From Candidatus Parcubacteria bacterium (GTDB taxonomy: Bacteria; Patescibacteriota; Minisyncoccia; Phycocordibacterales; UBA2100): a DNA stretch of 64,000 bases. Where the stretch lies: positions 13,372 to 77,371 of the forward strand of contig QZJK01000011.1 of the NCBI GenBank assembly GCA_003599295.1. The letters run 5' to 3'. The translations under genes and the position numbers were made by a program. Under the pieces are notes generated by a model. That model was not told the DNA's origin. It searched no databases and saw only the letters and a list, made by a program, of their open reading frames with translations. Of this stretch, positions 46,445 to 56,153 are shown piece after piece (position 1 is the first letter of the stretch; every line of letters begins with the position of its first letter).

Positions 46445-46822
46445 TTAGGCGGAAAAAAGCCGCCTGAAGAACAAAAATCGCAACAGGCCGACGATAAGGA
46501 ATGCCATTCCGAACGCAGTCCATTCCGTGAGTCCGAATAGCGCCATGCCGCTGAATTGAATGCCGAGGAACATACCATATGCCGCGCCCACAATGACAAT
46601 ATAAAGCGCCGGCTGCTGAAGCCACCTCGGCAGCGTGTCTTTGAATACCCAAGACTTGTAGAGCGCGAATTTTGCGATGGCGATGGGGACTATAAGAACA
46701 TTCGCCGTCATTGGAATGCTCATGCCGCTTTCAACCAGGATAGATCCCGGGAGAATACTTCCGGCATGAACGATACCCGCCGTCGCAAGATACCGTGTTG
46801 CTTGTCCGGTGATGTCGTGCAT
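46445..46822 (-). CDS. GtrA-family small membrane protein.
   Basis: 125 aa, four TM helices, GtrA-like layout. Confidence 0.55.
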   Translation of the reverse strand: MHDITGQATRYLATAGIVHAGSILPGSILVESGMSIPMTANVLIVPIAIAKFALYKSWVFKDTLPRWLQQPALYIVIVGAAYGMFLGIQFSGMALFGLTEWTAFGMAFLIVGLLRFLFFRRLFSA

Positions 46823-46884
46823 CGCACGTTCCTTCCGCTGCTGGAGTCAATGAACCTTAAAAATGCTATGCTAATTCAAACACA

Positions 46885-48003
46885 ATGGCAAACGATAAAA
46901 CGTTAACCATAAAAAAACCGTTCGATTCGCACCTGCATCTGCGACGGGGCGCGGTCTTGCGCGCGGTGACGCCCTATTCAACAAAACGGTTCGGGCGCGC
47001 CATCATAATGCCGAACACGGAACCGCCGATAGAAACTGTTGAGCAGGCTACAGAATACAAAAAAGAAATTCTCGCTGCTGTAAATCATCCTAGTGTTTTG
47101 CAAAACACTAGAATAGATGAGGCTGCGTTCGAGCCATTGATGACCTTCTACCTCACGAAAAATCTGACGCCTGCGGAAATAGAGAGAGGATTTTCGAGCA
47201 GTGAATGTAAAATATTCGCGGTGAAATCCTATCCCTATGGCGCAACGACGAACTCACAGTGGGGCTACCGGAATATTTTGGAAGCGAAGGATGTACTGAA
47301 AAAGATGGAAGAGGTCGGCATGCCGCTCCTTCTCCACGGCGAAGTGCATTTGAACGAGCGCGACGAGGAGGAAGACCCGTACGACGGCGAGGCGATGTTC
47401 GTGAAAGACACGTTGCCGCGACTTCTCGACATGTATCCGAAACTAAAGATATCGCTTGAACATATGAGCTCGCACGAGGCAATCGATTTTATGGAAAAGA
47501 ACGGTAAAGACGGCAAACTCATGACGACGGTCACGCCGCATCACCTGATGTATGACCGGAGACACGCGTTTTCCGGCGGCTACCGCGCGCTCCTGCATTG
47601 CAAGCCGCTCGTCAAAAAGCGCGAGGACCGTGAAAGACTTCGCGATATGGTGAAAAAAGGACTTCCGTTCGTGTCTGCCGGGACAGACAGCGCGCCGCAT
47701 CCGGAGAACAAGAAATTCTCCTCGTGCTGTGCGTTTGGGGTCTTCAATTCCCCCGTCGCCCTAGAGATGTACGTACAAGTTTTCGACGAACTCGGAAGCC
47801 TCGACAAGCTCGAAGGGTTTCTTTCGGTGAACGGCCCGCGCTTTTTCGGCTTTGAGCCGGACGCAAATACGCTCACACTCGTGAAAAAAGACTGGCAGGT
47901 GACCGAGCCAGTCGTGACGGACGAAGGGGTGAATCTGTGGCCCGTTGGGCACGTAAAACACGGCCTTGGGAACGAGACTTTCCACTGGCAGATTTCGAAC
48001 TAG
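46885..48003 (+). CDS. pyrC: Dihydroorotase.
   Basis: DSHLHLR metal-binding motif and a 372-aa amidohydrolase fold. Confidence 0.8.
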   Translation: MANDKTLTIKKPFDSHLHLRRGAVLRAVTPYSTKRFGRAIIMPNTEPPIETVEQATEYKKEILAAVNHPSVLQNTRIDEAAFEPLMTFYLTKNLTPAEIERGFSSSECKIFAVKSYPYGATTNSQWGYRNILEAKDVLKKMEEVGMPLLLHGEVHLNERDEEEDPYDGEAMFVKDTLPRLLDMYPKLKISLEHMSSHEAIDFMEKNGKDGKLMTTVTPHHLMYDRRHAFSGGYRALLHCKPLVKKREDRERLRDMVKKGLPFVSAGTDSAPHPENKKFSSCCAFGVFNSPVALEMYVQVFDELGSLDKLEGFLSVNGPRFFGFEPDANTLTLVKKDWQVTEPVVTDEGVNLWPVGHVKHGLGNETFHWQISN

Positions 48004-49970
48004 GCGAGCGGCTGGTGCTCGATGTCTTCTTTCTTTTTCGGCGTAATGCCGTTCGCGATAAGTACTTTCTCGAAATCCTCACGCTCGATAGTCTCCACTT
48101 CGACGAGCTTCGCCGCGATGGCATCCAACACTTTTCGGTGCTTCTTTAACACGTTCTCGGCCTTTTTAAGCGCACCGTCGACTATTTTCTTCACTTCCGT
48201 GTCTATCTGCGCGGAAAGTTCTTCGGACTGTTCGGAGGCCTCTATGCCGGCTCCGAATATCGTGCGGCCTTGGGAAGGCTCGAGCGCGATGGGACCGAAT
48301 TTCTCCGACATGCCGTAGCGCGTCACCATGTCGCGCGCAAGTGCGGTCAACACTTGAAGATCGTTCGAAGCACCCGTTGTGATGTCGCCGTATACCATCT
48401 TTTCCGCAACGTAGCCGCCAAGACTTACCGCGATATCATCCAAGAATTCGTTCTTTGACTGCATCTTCCTGTCTTCGAACGGAAGCTTCAGCGTGTAGCC
48501 TGCGGCACGCCCGCGGCTGATGATGGAAATCTTGTGGACCGGGTCCGCATACGGCAAGACCGATGAGATAAGTGCGTGCCCGGCCTCATGGTACGCGGTT
48601 ATCTCTTTTTCTTTTTTATTAAGTATGTGGCTTCTACGTTCGGGTCCGAGCATGACCTTTTCAATGGAGCGAATAAGGTCGTATTGCGTCAGCTCCTTCC
48701 TGTCCTCGCGTGCGGCGAGAATGGCGGCCTCGTTCATGAGGTTCGCGAGGTCGGCGCCGGAGAATCCTGGTGTGCGCTCGGCGATGACGGTAAGCGCCAC
48801 ATCGGGGCCAAGCGGCTTCTTGCGCGCGTGTATTTTCAAAATATCTTCGCGGTCTTTTCTATCGGGAAGGTCAATCACGACGCGTCGGTCGAAGCGGCCT
48901 GGGCGTACCAGCGCGGGATCAAGAACGTCGGGGCGGTTCGTGGCCGCCATGATGACGACTTTCTCGTTCGGCTCGAAGCCGTCCATTTCGACGAGTATTT
49001 GGTTCAACGTCTGTTCGCGTTCATCGTTGCCACCGCCGACCCCCGAACCGCGAACGCGCCCGATGGCGTCTATCTCATCTATGAAAAGAATGGCGGGTGC
49101 GGCTTTCTTTGCGACTTGGAACGTATCGCGCACGCGCGAAGCGCCGACGCCGACAAACATTTCGACGAATTCAGAACCGGAAATCGAGAAGAATGGCACG
49201 TTGCTCTCGCCAGCGACCGCTCGCGCAAGAAGCGTTTTCCCTGTTCCCGCAGCACCCATGAGGAGAACGCCTTTTGGTATGCGTGCACCGATTTGGATGA
49301 ATTTTTTCGGATTTTTCAAAAAGTCCACGATCTCCGTGAGTTCCATTTTCGCTTCCTTCGCACCCGCGACATCCGCGAATGTCACTTTCTGCACTTCATC
49401 CTCCGGATTTACGAGACGCGCCATCGAACGGCCGAAGGTGAACGCCTGCATGCCCGCGCCGCGCACTTGGCGTGAGAGGTACCAGATGATGCCGAGAATG
49501 AGGATGACGGGGATAAGAAGAGGTGCGAGCGTAAGGAACCAGTATCGGGCGCCGCCTTCGTCTTTCACTGTTATTTCAACAGTCGCGAGACTTTCCGGCG
49601 TTAATCCGTAATTAAAGAAGGTTTCTGTAAGCGACGCCTCGGATTCTTTGCGCGTTATTTTTTCGGAACCGTCCGCGTACGTTGCGGTCACCGATGTCCC
49701 TTCGACGAGAATGGATTCGACGAGACCCGCTTCGATATCGCCAACGAGCTGGGACAGAGATACCTCATTATTCTCGGCAACGACATACTGCCGCACGATG
49801 GAATAGCCGGCTGACAAGACGAGGAAAATCGCAAACGCGATGAGCATCTGCGTCCACATCGAAGGACCCTCCGGCGGCTTACCGAGGGGTGCCCTCCCTT
49901 TCCGCGGCTTTTGTTCTCCTTCCCGAAGATTGGCCATATACCGGCGAGTTATATCACAAATAGCTTCCAT
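48000..49970 (-). CDS. ftsH: ATP-dependent zinc metalloprotease FtsH.
   Basis: Two N-terminal TM helices, AAA Walker [12 protein letters not shown] region and zinc motif HEAGHAL. Confidence 0.95.
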   Translation of the reverse strand: MEAICDITRRYMANLREGEQKPRKGRAPLGKPPEGPSMWTQMLIAFAIFLVLSAGYSIVRQYVVAENNEVSLSQLVGDIEAGLVESILVEGTSVTATYADGSEKITRKESEASLTETFFNYGLTPESLATVEITVKDEGGARYWFLTLAPLLIPVILILGIIWYLSRQVRGAGMQAFTFGRSMARLVNPEDEVQKVTFADVAGAKEAKMELTEIVDFLKNPKKFIQIGARIPKGVLLMGAAGTGKTLLARAVAGESNVPFFSISGSEFVEMFVGVGASRVRDTFQVAKKAAPAILFIDEIDAIGRVRGSGVGGGNDEREQTLNQILVEMDGFEPNEKVVIMAATNRPDVLDPALVRPGRFDRRVVIDLPDRKDREDILKIHARKKPLGPDVALTVIAERTPGFSGADLANLMNEAAILAAREDRKELTQYDLIRSIEKVMLGPERRSHILNKKEKEITAYHEAGHALISSVLPYADPVHKISIISRGRAAGYTLKLPFEDRKMQSKNEFLDDIAVSLGGYVAEKMVYGDITTGASNDLQVLTALARDMVTRYGMSEKFGPIALEPSQGRTIFGAGIEASEQSEELSAQIDTEVKKIVDGALKKAENVLKKHRKVLDAIAAKLVEVETIEREDFEKVLIANGITPKKKEDIEHQPLA

Positions 49971-50005
49971 CTTCTAGCTTCGATTCGTGCAGAACAATCG
50001 AACAT

Positions 50006-50040
50006 CTTGCTACTTGCTACTTGATACTTGATACTTACTT
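50006..50040. repeat. Heptamer tandem repeat (tacttgc x2, tacttga x2, tactt) in the ftsH/smpB divergent intergenic region.
   Basis: Read directly: cttgctacttgctacttgatacttgatacttactt. Confidence 0.5.
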
Positions 50041-50045
50041 CCTGT

Positions 50046-50492
50046 ATGGCACTCATAGAGAACACACGTGTCGGATTCGATTACAACATCCTCGAAACCT
50101 TGGAGGCGGGGATGGAGTTGTTCGGATACGAAGTGAAATCGCTCCGAGCCGGCCAAGGCTCTTTGAAAGGCGCGCGCGTCGTCGCGCGCGGCGGAGAAGC
50201 ATACCTCGTCGGCGCATCCATTCCGCCATGGCAAATTGCGAACGCACCGAAGTCGTACGATGCGGAGCGCACCCGAAGATTGCTTCTATCGAAGAAAGAA
50301 ATAGCCCGGATATCCTCCGCGGAGGGAGAAAATGGCTTGACAATTGTGCCAATTAAGGTATATAATTCTCGCCGGAGGTTGAAATTGGCCATCGCGATAG
50401 TCCGCGGTAAGAAAAAAGCGGACAAACGTCAAACGATACGGAAACGCGAGGAGAAACGCCGGATAGAAAGAACATTGAAAACCAAAAAGTGA
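50046..50492 (+). CDS. smpB: SsrA-binding protein.
   Basis: MALIENTRVGFDYNILETLEAGMELFGYEVKS...; the basic C-terminal tail is typical of SmpB. Confidence 0.9.
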   Translation: MALIENTRVGFDYNILETLEAGMELFGYEVKSLRAGQGSLKGARVVARGGEAYLVGASIPPWQIANAPKSYDAERTRRLLLSKKEIARISSAEGENGLTIVPIKVYNSRRRLKLAIAIVRGKKKADKRQTIRKREEKRRIERTLKTKK

Positions 50493-50532
50493 AGTTAGCC
50501 GTTCGCGAAAAAGGAAGTGAAGTGCTTTTTTC

Positions 50533-50920
50533 GGGGGTGACTGGCTTCGACAAGGAAATCGACATATGTGTGCGCGGGCAACGCTGTAGCTGCGTTTCAA
50601 ACCGCTACACAAATTCAAGTGCGAACAAAGTAGCACGTGCAGTTTTGTCGCCCATTCAGTTGGGTGACCTGCAGTTCGCTTACGCGAAAGCCTAAGCGAC
50701 CGTCCACTAGGCTGATACTTGATTAAGCCTTCTTGGGCGTCACTTCATTCAAGCACTGAGTGTCGAATAGTCCGATCGACCTCTAAGACTAGGACTCGGC
50801 TTTGCGCGATTCTGTTCGTCCCTTACGCGCATCGCTTAAATCTTGAGACGATCTACGCCTCGTAGATACATACATACTGTTTTTCCTTGGACTCGGGTCC
50901 GATACCCGACACCTCCACCA
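50533..50920 (+). ncRNA. ssrA: tmRNA (transfer-messenger RNA).
   Basis: 5' GGGGGTGACTGGCTTCGACAAGGAAATCGAC is the canonical tmRNA start. The 3' tRNA-like end is GGACTCGGGTCCGATACCCGACACCTCCACCA. The internal tag ORF ends in ...LQFAYAKA-stop. It sits directly after smpB and is followed by a terminator. Confidence 0.85.
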
Positions 50921-50928
50921 TATGCAAA

Positions 50929-50953
50929 AGCCGCCCTATTGGGGCGGCTTTTT
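50929..50953 (+). terminator. Rho-independent terminator after ssrA: agccgccc-tatt-ggggcggct then TTTT.
   Basis: Read directly. Confidence 0.65.
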
Positions 50954-50969
50954 GCGTAATGAATAGAAT

Positions 50970-51650
50970 CTATTTTCTTGGAAAGCTGACCTCATGTACT
51001 CCGGCCGCATATGCTGCGACTTGGTATTGCTGGAAAATGAACGTTACCTCGTTCTCCGAGATGACGAATGAGCTGAAATTCTCTGGATTGGCATTCGCCC
51101 CTTCCTCGAACATTGCGTCGCCGAGTTCCGCTTTCAATTCCGAGGTCGCCGCGGCAGAAACTTGTTCCACGCTCATGCCAAGCATTGCGAACGCGTCGCT
51201 CTGAAGAAGCTGGCGGCCTGTCTCGCGATCGTAATTAAGTCCGGAAACAAGCGTAAGCGGATGCGCACCGCCGGTGTACTGCGAAAGTATCAGTTTTACG
51301 GAAACAACGTCCGGTCCGATGTAGACAGAGTCGTATGAACCATCAAATGAATTCTGCGGCGTCGCTGATCCAGCCGGGTTCGTGGGAAGCGACTTGAACT
51401 CCGTAACGGCATTCGAAACTACTTCTTTTATTTGCGCATCAATGCTCGCGATGCCGAACTGCGGATACCTGACGTCTATTACGTATGCCGCATCGCTTTC
51501 CTGTATGCGTTCCGTCTTTATCTCGACTCCCGCTTCTTCGGTGCCTTCCTCAACCATGGCCGGTTCCGCAGTCTTAAGATATGGAGCCACGAAGTATAGG
51601 ACCCCGCCCAAGACCGCGAGCGCGACGACGACGGAAAGAACCATTTTCAT
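50970..51650 (-). CDS. DUF3298/DUF4163-like secreted protein (RsiV-like fold).
   Basis: N-terminal TM/signal. YTGGAHP is characteristic of DUF3298. Confidence 0.5.
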   Translation of the reverse strand: MKMVLSVVVALAVLGGVLYFVAPYLKTAEPAMVEEGTEEAGVEIKTERIQESDAAYVIDVRYPQFGIASIDAQIKEVVSNAVTEFKSLPTNPAGSATPQNSFDGSYDSVYIGPDVVSVKLILSQYTGGAHPLTLVSGLNYDRETGRQLLQSDAFAMLGMSVEQVSAAATSELKAELGDAMFEEGANANPENFSSFVISENEVTFIFQQYQVAAYAAGVHEVSFPRK

Positions 51651-51668
51651 ACAGCGACTATAGCAGAA

Positions 51669-53075
51669 CTACACCTTTTTAGCGATGTACTTTTGAATCA
51701 GTTCGGCATTCGCGTCGAACGTCTCGAACCGCTCAGGAAGACCGCCGAGCTTCGCGAAACTCTCGGGTATCACCGGCTCACGGCCTATTGCTTCACGGAT
51801 GGTCGCAGAAAATTTCGCCGGCTGTGCGGTCTCCAAACAAACCAGCGGCACATCTTTCTCGCAGAGTTGCTGTCCTACCTTCACGCCGTCAGCGGTATGC
51901 GGATCAATGAGCATGTTGTATTTTTCATGCAGCGCGCGGATAGTCGCGATACGATCTGCATGCGTAGACGAACCTGCGAGAAAAACATCTCGTTTCAGTC
52001 GCGTTAATTCCGGCGCACCGGAAATATCGAACGCACCCTTCGTTTTTAACTCTCCCCACAACTCTTTCATGCGTGTGGCGTCGCGCTCTACGAGGTCGAA
52101 GATATAGCGTTCGAAATTCGAAGCTTTTGATATGTCCATTGAAGGACTCGATGTTGTCGCAACTTCGGTTCCCTTTCGCGGACGATACTTACCTGTCGTA
52201 AAGAATTCTTCGAGGACGTTATTTTCGTTCGTCGCGAGGATAAGGTGTTGTATCGGCACACCCATCCGTACTGCAATGTATCCCCCGAGAATATTGCCGA
52301 AATTCCCTGTTGGAACGGCGAACGAGACCGTTTCGTTCCCCGTGTTCGTCGCATGAAGGTATCCCCACACGTAGTAGACCGTTTGGGCGACTATGCGCGC
52401 CCAATTGATGGAATTGACCGCGCCGAGCTTGTAGCGTTCTTTGAAATCGGCGTCTTCGTTGATCGCTTTTACGATATCCTGGCAATCATCGAACGTTCCC
52501 CGCACCGCAATATTGAAAATATTCTCATCCTGGAGCGTGTACATCTGTTTTCTTTGAAAATCGCTCATGCGGCCGAGGGGCGAGAGCATGAAGACGCGGA
52601 TTCCTTTTCGCCCGCGCATCGCGTATTCCGCAGCGCTTCCTGTGTCTCCCGATGTTGCTCCGAGGATGTTCAGCGTTCCTCCGCGCTTTTCGAGCACGTA
52701 TTCGAACAAGCGGCCGAGTAATTGCAGGGCGATATCCTTGAACGCGAGCGTCGGGCCTTCGGAGAGTCCGAGGATATAGAAATTCTCTTCGAGTTTTTTG
52801 AACGGCACTATTTCATCGCTTCCGAATGTGTCCTTTGTGTACGTTGCATCAATGAGTGTTCGCAAGTCTTCCGGAGGAATATCGTCTGCGAACCTGGAAA
52901 GGATGGCGAATGCAAGCTCCGGATAGCTCATTCCGCGCATGTTTTCCAACTCGTCCGGAGAAATGCGCGGATATTCTTCCGGAACGTAGAGGCCTCCATC
53001 CGATGCGAGCCCTTCCAGAAGAATGTCCGTGAACGATTGCGGCTTTGCTCCCCCGCGCGTTGAGACGTAGCGCAT
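51669..53075 (-). CDS. thrC: Threonine synthase, long form.
   Basis: PLP-lysine motif PTLAFKD, about 468 aa. Confidence 0.85.
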   Translation of the reverse strand: MRYVSTRGGAKPQSFTDILLEGLASDGGLYVPEEYPRISPDELENMRGMSYPELAFAILSRFADDIPPEDLRTLIDATYTKDTFGSDEIVPFKKLEENFYILGLSEGPTLAFKDIALQLLGRLFEYVLEKRGGTLNILGATSGDTGSAAEYAMRGRKGIRVFMLSPLGRMSDFQRKQMYTLQDENIFNIAVRGTFDDCQDIVKAINEDADFKERYKLGAVNSINWARIVAQTVYYVWGYLHATNTGNETVSFAVPTGNFGNILGGYIAVRMGVPIQHLILATNENNVLEEFFTTGKYRPRKGTEVATTSSPSMDISKASNFERYIFDLVERDATRMKELWGELKTKGAFDISGAPELTRLKRDVFLAGSSTHADRIATIRALHEKYNMLIDPHTADGVKVGQQLCEKDVPLVCLETAQPAKFSATIREAIGREPVIPESFAKLGGLPERFETFDANAELIQKYIAKKV

Positions 53076-53080
53076 GGGAT

Positions 53081-53506
53081 CTAGAGCTTCAGGCGATAGA
53101 CGTTCGTTTCCTTTTTCTCAAATCCGAGTTTCTGGTAGAGCTTATTCGCAGCAACACGGGCAGGGCGACTAGTGAGATGTATCGAGTGCGCTCCCCGAGA
53201 TTTCGCCCGCTCTATCGCTTTTTCACAAAGCTGCCTTCCTAATCCTTTGCCGCGCGCCGCCTCATCAACAACAACGTCCTCAAGCTGTGCCGTGATACCG
53301 CCCGGCTTCACTATGAGCGCTAAGGTCGCCATACCGATGATCTTGTTGTTCTCCGTAGCAACCCATAGTTCGGAGCTTGCATATTGCACAACCTTTTGTA
53401 GATGCTCGAGAGAGCACTCCCCATCTTTTCCAAGCTGTGCGAGAAGCGCGTTAACATCCGCGCATGCATTCTCATCAGCCGAAGTCAATTGAACGATGTC
53501 TGCCAT
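53081..53506 (-). CDS. GNAT-family N-acetyltransferase.
   Basis: Acetyl-CoA-binding motif ARGKGLGRQL, 141 aa. Confidence 0.75.
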   Translation of the reverse strand: MADIVQLTSADENACADVNALLAQLGKDGECSLEHLQKVVQYASSELWVATENNKIIGMATLALIVKPGGITAQLEDVVVDEAARGKGLGRQLCEKAIERAKSRGAHSIHLTSRPARVAANKLYQKLGFEKKETNVYRLKL

Positions 53507-53607
53507 GTGCCCATACTACCGCCGAACAAAAGACCAAACAACTTGTCTTCGATCCCGTATCCACTTGCCGTTCTCTGTGAGCGGGAAATGACGGATATAC
53601 TTCTGAT

Positions 53608-54858
53608 ATGAGATACGAACGTTCCGCTATTTTTATCGCCTTCCTTGTCTTTGCGATGCTCAGCGTAAGTTCCCCAGCTACCCTCGACGCGGCAGAGAAT
53701 CCTGAACTCTGTAATCAGCTCTTCGGTCTTCCCGAAGGGACCATCCAGATGGATGCTGATAAAAGAATAATGAATCCGGAAGTATGCGAGGCATATGCGT
53801 TCCTTATTAGCCGCTACAATCCGGGACCTCGCAGCTCCGTTGGACTCTCGAATCCGAAGGTTGAGGGTATAACTAAGTTGAATCCCGACTTCGCACTAGC
53901 TCTCGCAAAAATGTTGCGGGCCGCTCCCCCAATGGGGATTAACTCGGCATATAGAACACCGGCGGGACAAGGCTCTAAGAATCCCCAGTCGAATCACATT
54001 TACGGATGTGCGGCTGACCTCGGATATTCACAAGGCGGTTGCGGTTCAGCTCACTGTCAATGGGTGTTAAGGAATGCTCCAAGCTATGGCATACACATTA
54101 GGATGAAATACAGTCCGGAGTGGAATCATGTCGAGCCAATAGCAAAAGATGCTTGCAGGAATAACGGCCCTGGCGTGGGCGCTCCTGTTGCGAACGCTCC
54201 GTCTTCCGGCCTCGCGGATAGCATCCGACAGTCTGTCGGATTAGGAGGTTCTCAAAACTGCACTCTCCCGGACGGACTGGTAGTGCCTTGCAGCGCTATC
54301 GCGAATCAAGGGGCAGCCCCAGCCGGCTCCCAGAGTCCGACAGGGGCGGCCATACCTCGGCAAACATTGCCTGCTTCGCAGCAACCGTTTCAATATCTGC
54401 CTTCCCCCACACCAGTATCGAACATCGTACAGCCTCCGGTCCCGCAAATCCCCGTGTCGACAACCTCGAGTACAACTACGCTCACGACATTTGAGCGGAT
54501 CATGCGTTTTGCCGAAGCAACAAGAGTTTCTAGTCCTGCTGCGACATCCGCCCCCCTGGTTCTCACGGCGAGTATCCGCGATATCGCAACCATCCAGCCA
54601 GACACTTCGTCGATTACCCCGCTTCAGGAAAATGGCACGCATCAATATTTACCTGTACCGTCCGCTCGTTTGGACACCTTCACTTCGCCTGACTTAGGCG
54701 GAGGTATTTCTCCAAATGTTTCGCAAGAAGTCACGGGGTATCAGAAAGTACTCGCAGATATGCAGACGACTCTCTTGCGAGCACTTGAATACTTGCGGCC
54801 ATTCGGTAGGCCATTGGAACCCGCTGAAGACTACGCACACGATGACTGGTCAGAATGA
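53608..54858 (+). CDS. Secreted M15-family (VanY/DD-carboxypeptidase-like) peptidase with a long Pro/Ser/Thr/Gln-rich C-terminal region.
   Basis: Signal peptide. SAYRTPAGQ...SNHIYGCAADL...EWNHVEP matches the H/D/H zinc triad context of M15 peptidases. Confidence 0.55.
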   Translation: MRYERSAIFIAFLVFAMLSVSSPATLDAAENPELCNQLFGLPEGTIQMDADKRIMNPEVCEAYAFLISRYNPGPRSSVGLSNPKVEGITKLNPDFALALAKMLRAAPPMGINSAYRTPAGQGSKNPQSNHIYGCAADLGYSQGGCGSAHCQWVLRNAPSYGIHIRMKYSPEWNHVEPIAKDACRNNGPGVGAPVANAPSSGLADSIRQSVGLGGSQNCTLPDGLVVPCSAIANQGAAPAGSQSPTGAAIPRQTLPASQQPFQYLPSPTPVSNIVQPPVPQIPVSTTSSTTTLTTFERIMRFAEATRVSSPAATSAPLVLTASIRDIATIQPDTSSITPLQENGTHQYLPVPSARLDTFTSPDLGGGISPNVSQEVTGYQKVLADMQTTLLRALEYLRPFGRPLEPAEDYAHDDWSE

Positions 54859-54896
54859 TCTCTCCATAGGACTCCTCTCCATCTCGTGCTATAGTT

Positions 54897-55523
54897 TTGC
54901 GGAAAATGGGATTCACTAAATACACCTCGCAAGCCGAGAAAGAGCGGGTTCGAATGAACGAAGGCATACGCGCGCGAGAAGTGCGCGTCATCGGCCCGGA
55001 GGGACAGAACGTCGGCGTACTTCCCCTTGCCGAAGCGATACAAAAAGCGCGGGAAGCGGGACTCGACCTTATCGAAATATCACCGAACGCCGTGCCGCCC
55101 GTGTGCAAAATCACCGACTACGGGAAATTCAAGTACGAACAAAAGAAGAAAGAGAAAGACGTGAAGTCGAAGGCACACGTAACAGAGACGAAGGTGACGC
55201 AGGTGAAAATAGGAACATCCGAACGCGACATGCACATCAAGGCTTCGAAGGCGGCCGCGTGGCTTCGCGAGGGGCATCGCGTGAAAGTGGACCTCTTTTT
55301 GTGGGGACGATACAAGTACATGGAGTTCAACTTCCTTAAGGAGCGCCTTGAGCGCTTTCTTGCCCTCATCCCTGAGAGCTATCGCACGGCGGAAGATATA
55401 CAAAAGAGCCCTAAGGGGCTGTCTGTCGTCATAGAACGCGACCCTGCGAAGAAGGTCGCGGCGCCAAAAACCCCTAAACCCGCCGGAGTGCTCGAGAAAA
55501 CCGGCGAAAACCCCGAGACATAG
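54897..55523 (+). CDS. infC: Translation initiation factor IF-3.
   Basis: NEGIRAREVRVIGPEGQNVGVLPLAEAIQKAREAGLDLIEISPNAVPPVCKITDYGKFKYE aligns to the IF-3 N-domain. The ORF opens with TTG at 54897 (non-AUG starts are typical for infC). ATG 54906 or 54953 are alternatives. Confidence 0.85.
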   Translation: MRKMGFTKYTSQAEKERVRMNEGIRAREVRVIGPEGQNVGVLPLAEAIQKAREAGLDLIEISPNAVPPVCKITDYGKFKYEQKKKEKDVKSKAHVTETKVTQVKIGTSERDMHIKASKAAAWLREGHRVKVDLFLWGRYKYMEFNFLKERLERFLALIPESYRTAEDIQKSPKGLSVVIERDPAKKVAAPKTPKPAGVLEKTGENPET

Positions 55524-55587
55524 GTGGGTTTGCATTCTGCCGTTTTTTTGGCATACTGTACCCACTGCGGCCACGCCGCAGTTTCTC

Positions 55588-55776
55588 ATGAAGACGAACA
55601 AATCATACATGAAGCGCCTGCGGGTCACGCGAAAAGGCAAGATCGTCGCGCGCACGCCGGGGCACAATCATTTCAACGCGAAGGAGTCCGGAAGCGGCCG
55701 CCAACGCCGCCGCCGCAGCGTCTCTTTCCATGCCGCGCTTTCGAACGCCGCGAAGAGCCGCTTTCTTCCCAACTAA
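55588..55776 (+). CDS. rpmI: 50S ribosomal protein L35.
   Basis: MKTNKSYMKRLRVTRKGKIVARTPGHNHF, in the infC-rpmI-rplT order. Confidence 0.85.
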   Translation: MKTNKSYMKRLRVTRKGKIVARTPGHNHFNAKESGSGRQRRRRSVSFHAALSNAAKSRFLPN

Positions 55777-55779
55777 CAT

Positions 55780-56124
55780 ATGGCAAGGGTAAAACGAGGA
55801 GTCGCGAAGAATAAACGACGCAAATACCTTTTGGCGCAGACAAAGGGGTATCGTTTCGGACGCAAAAATAAGGAGCGCGTCGCGCGCGAGGCAATACGCC
55901 ACGCCGGCGTTTACGCATTCCGCCACCGCCGTGCGAAGAAACGCGAGTTCCGGAATCTTTGGACGCTTCGCATTAATGCCGCCGCCCGCCCTCTCGGTCT
56001 CTCATATTCAAAGCTCATCGGCTCGCTCAAGAAAAACGGCATTGCACTCGACCGAAAATCGCTTTCTACGCTTGCAAAAGACTACCCTGAGTCGTTCTCC
56101 CGCCTTGTAGGACAGTTAAAATAG
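55780..56124 (+). CDS. rplT: 50S ribosomal protein L20.
   Basis: MARVKRGVAKNKRRKYLLAQTKGYRFGRKN is the typical L20 N-terminus. Confidence 0.9.
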   Translation: MARVKRGVAKNKRRKYLLAQTKGYRFGRKNKERVAREAIRHAGVYAFRHRRAKKREFRNLWTLRINAAARPLGLSYSKLIGSLKKNGIALDRKSLSTLAKDYPESFSRLVGQLK

Positions 56125-56153
56125 GGGGCTTTCTAATCTGAACGAAGCCAGCG

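Noticed and set aside
48520-49611. 363-aa plus-strand ORF, and the nested 299-aa ORF at 48576-49475.
   Set aside because: Antisense of ftsH.
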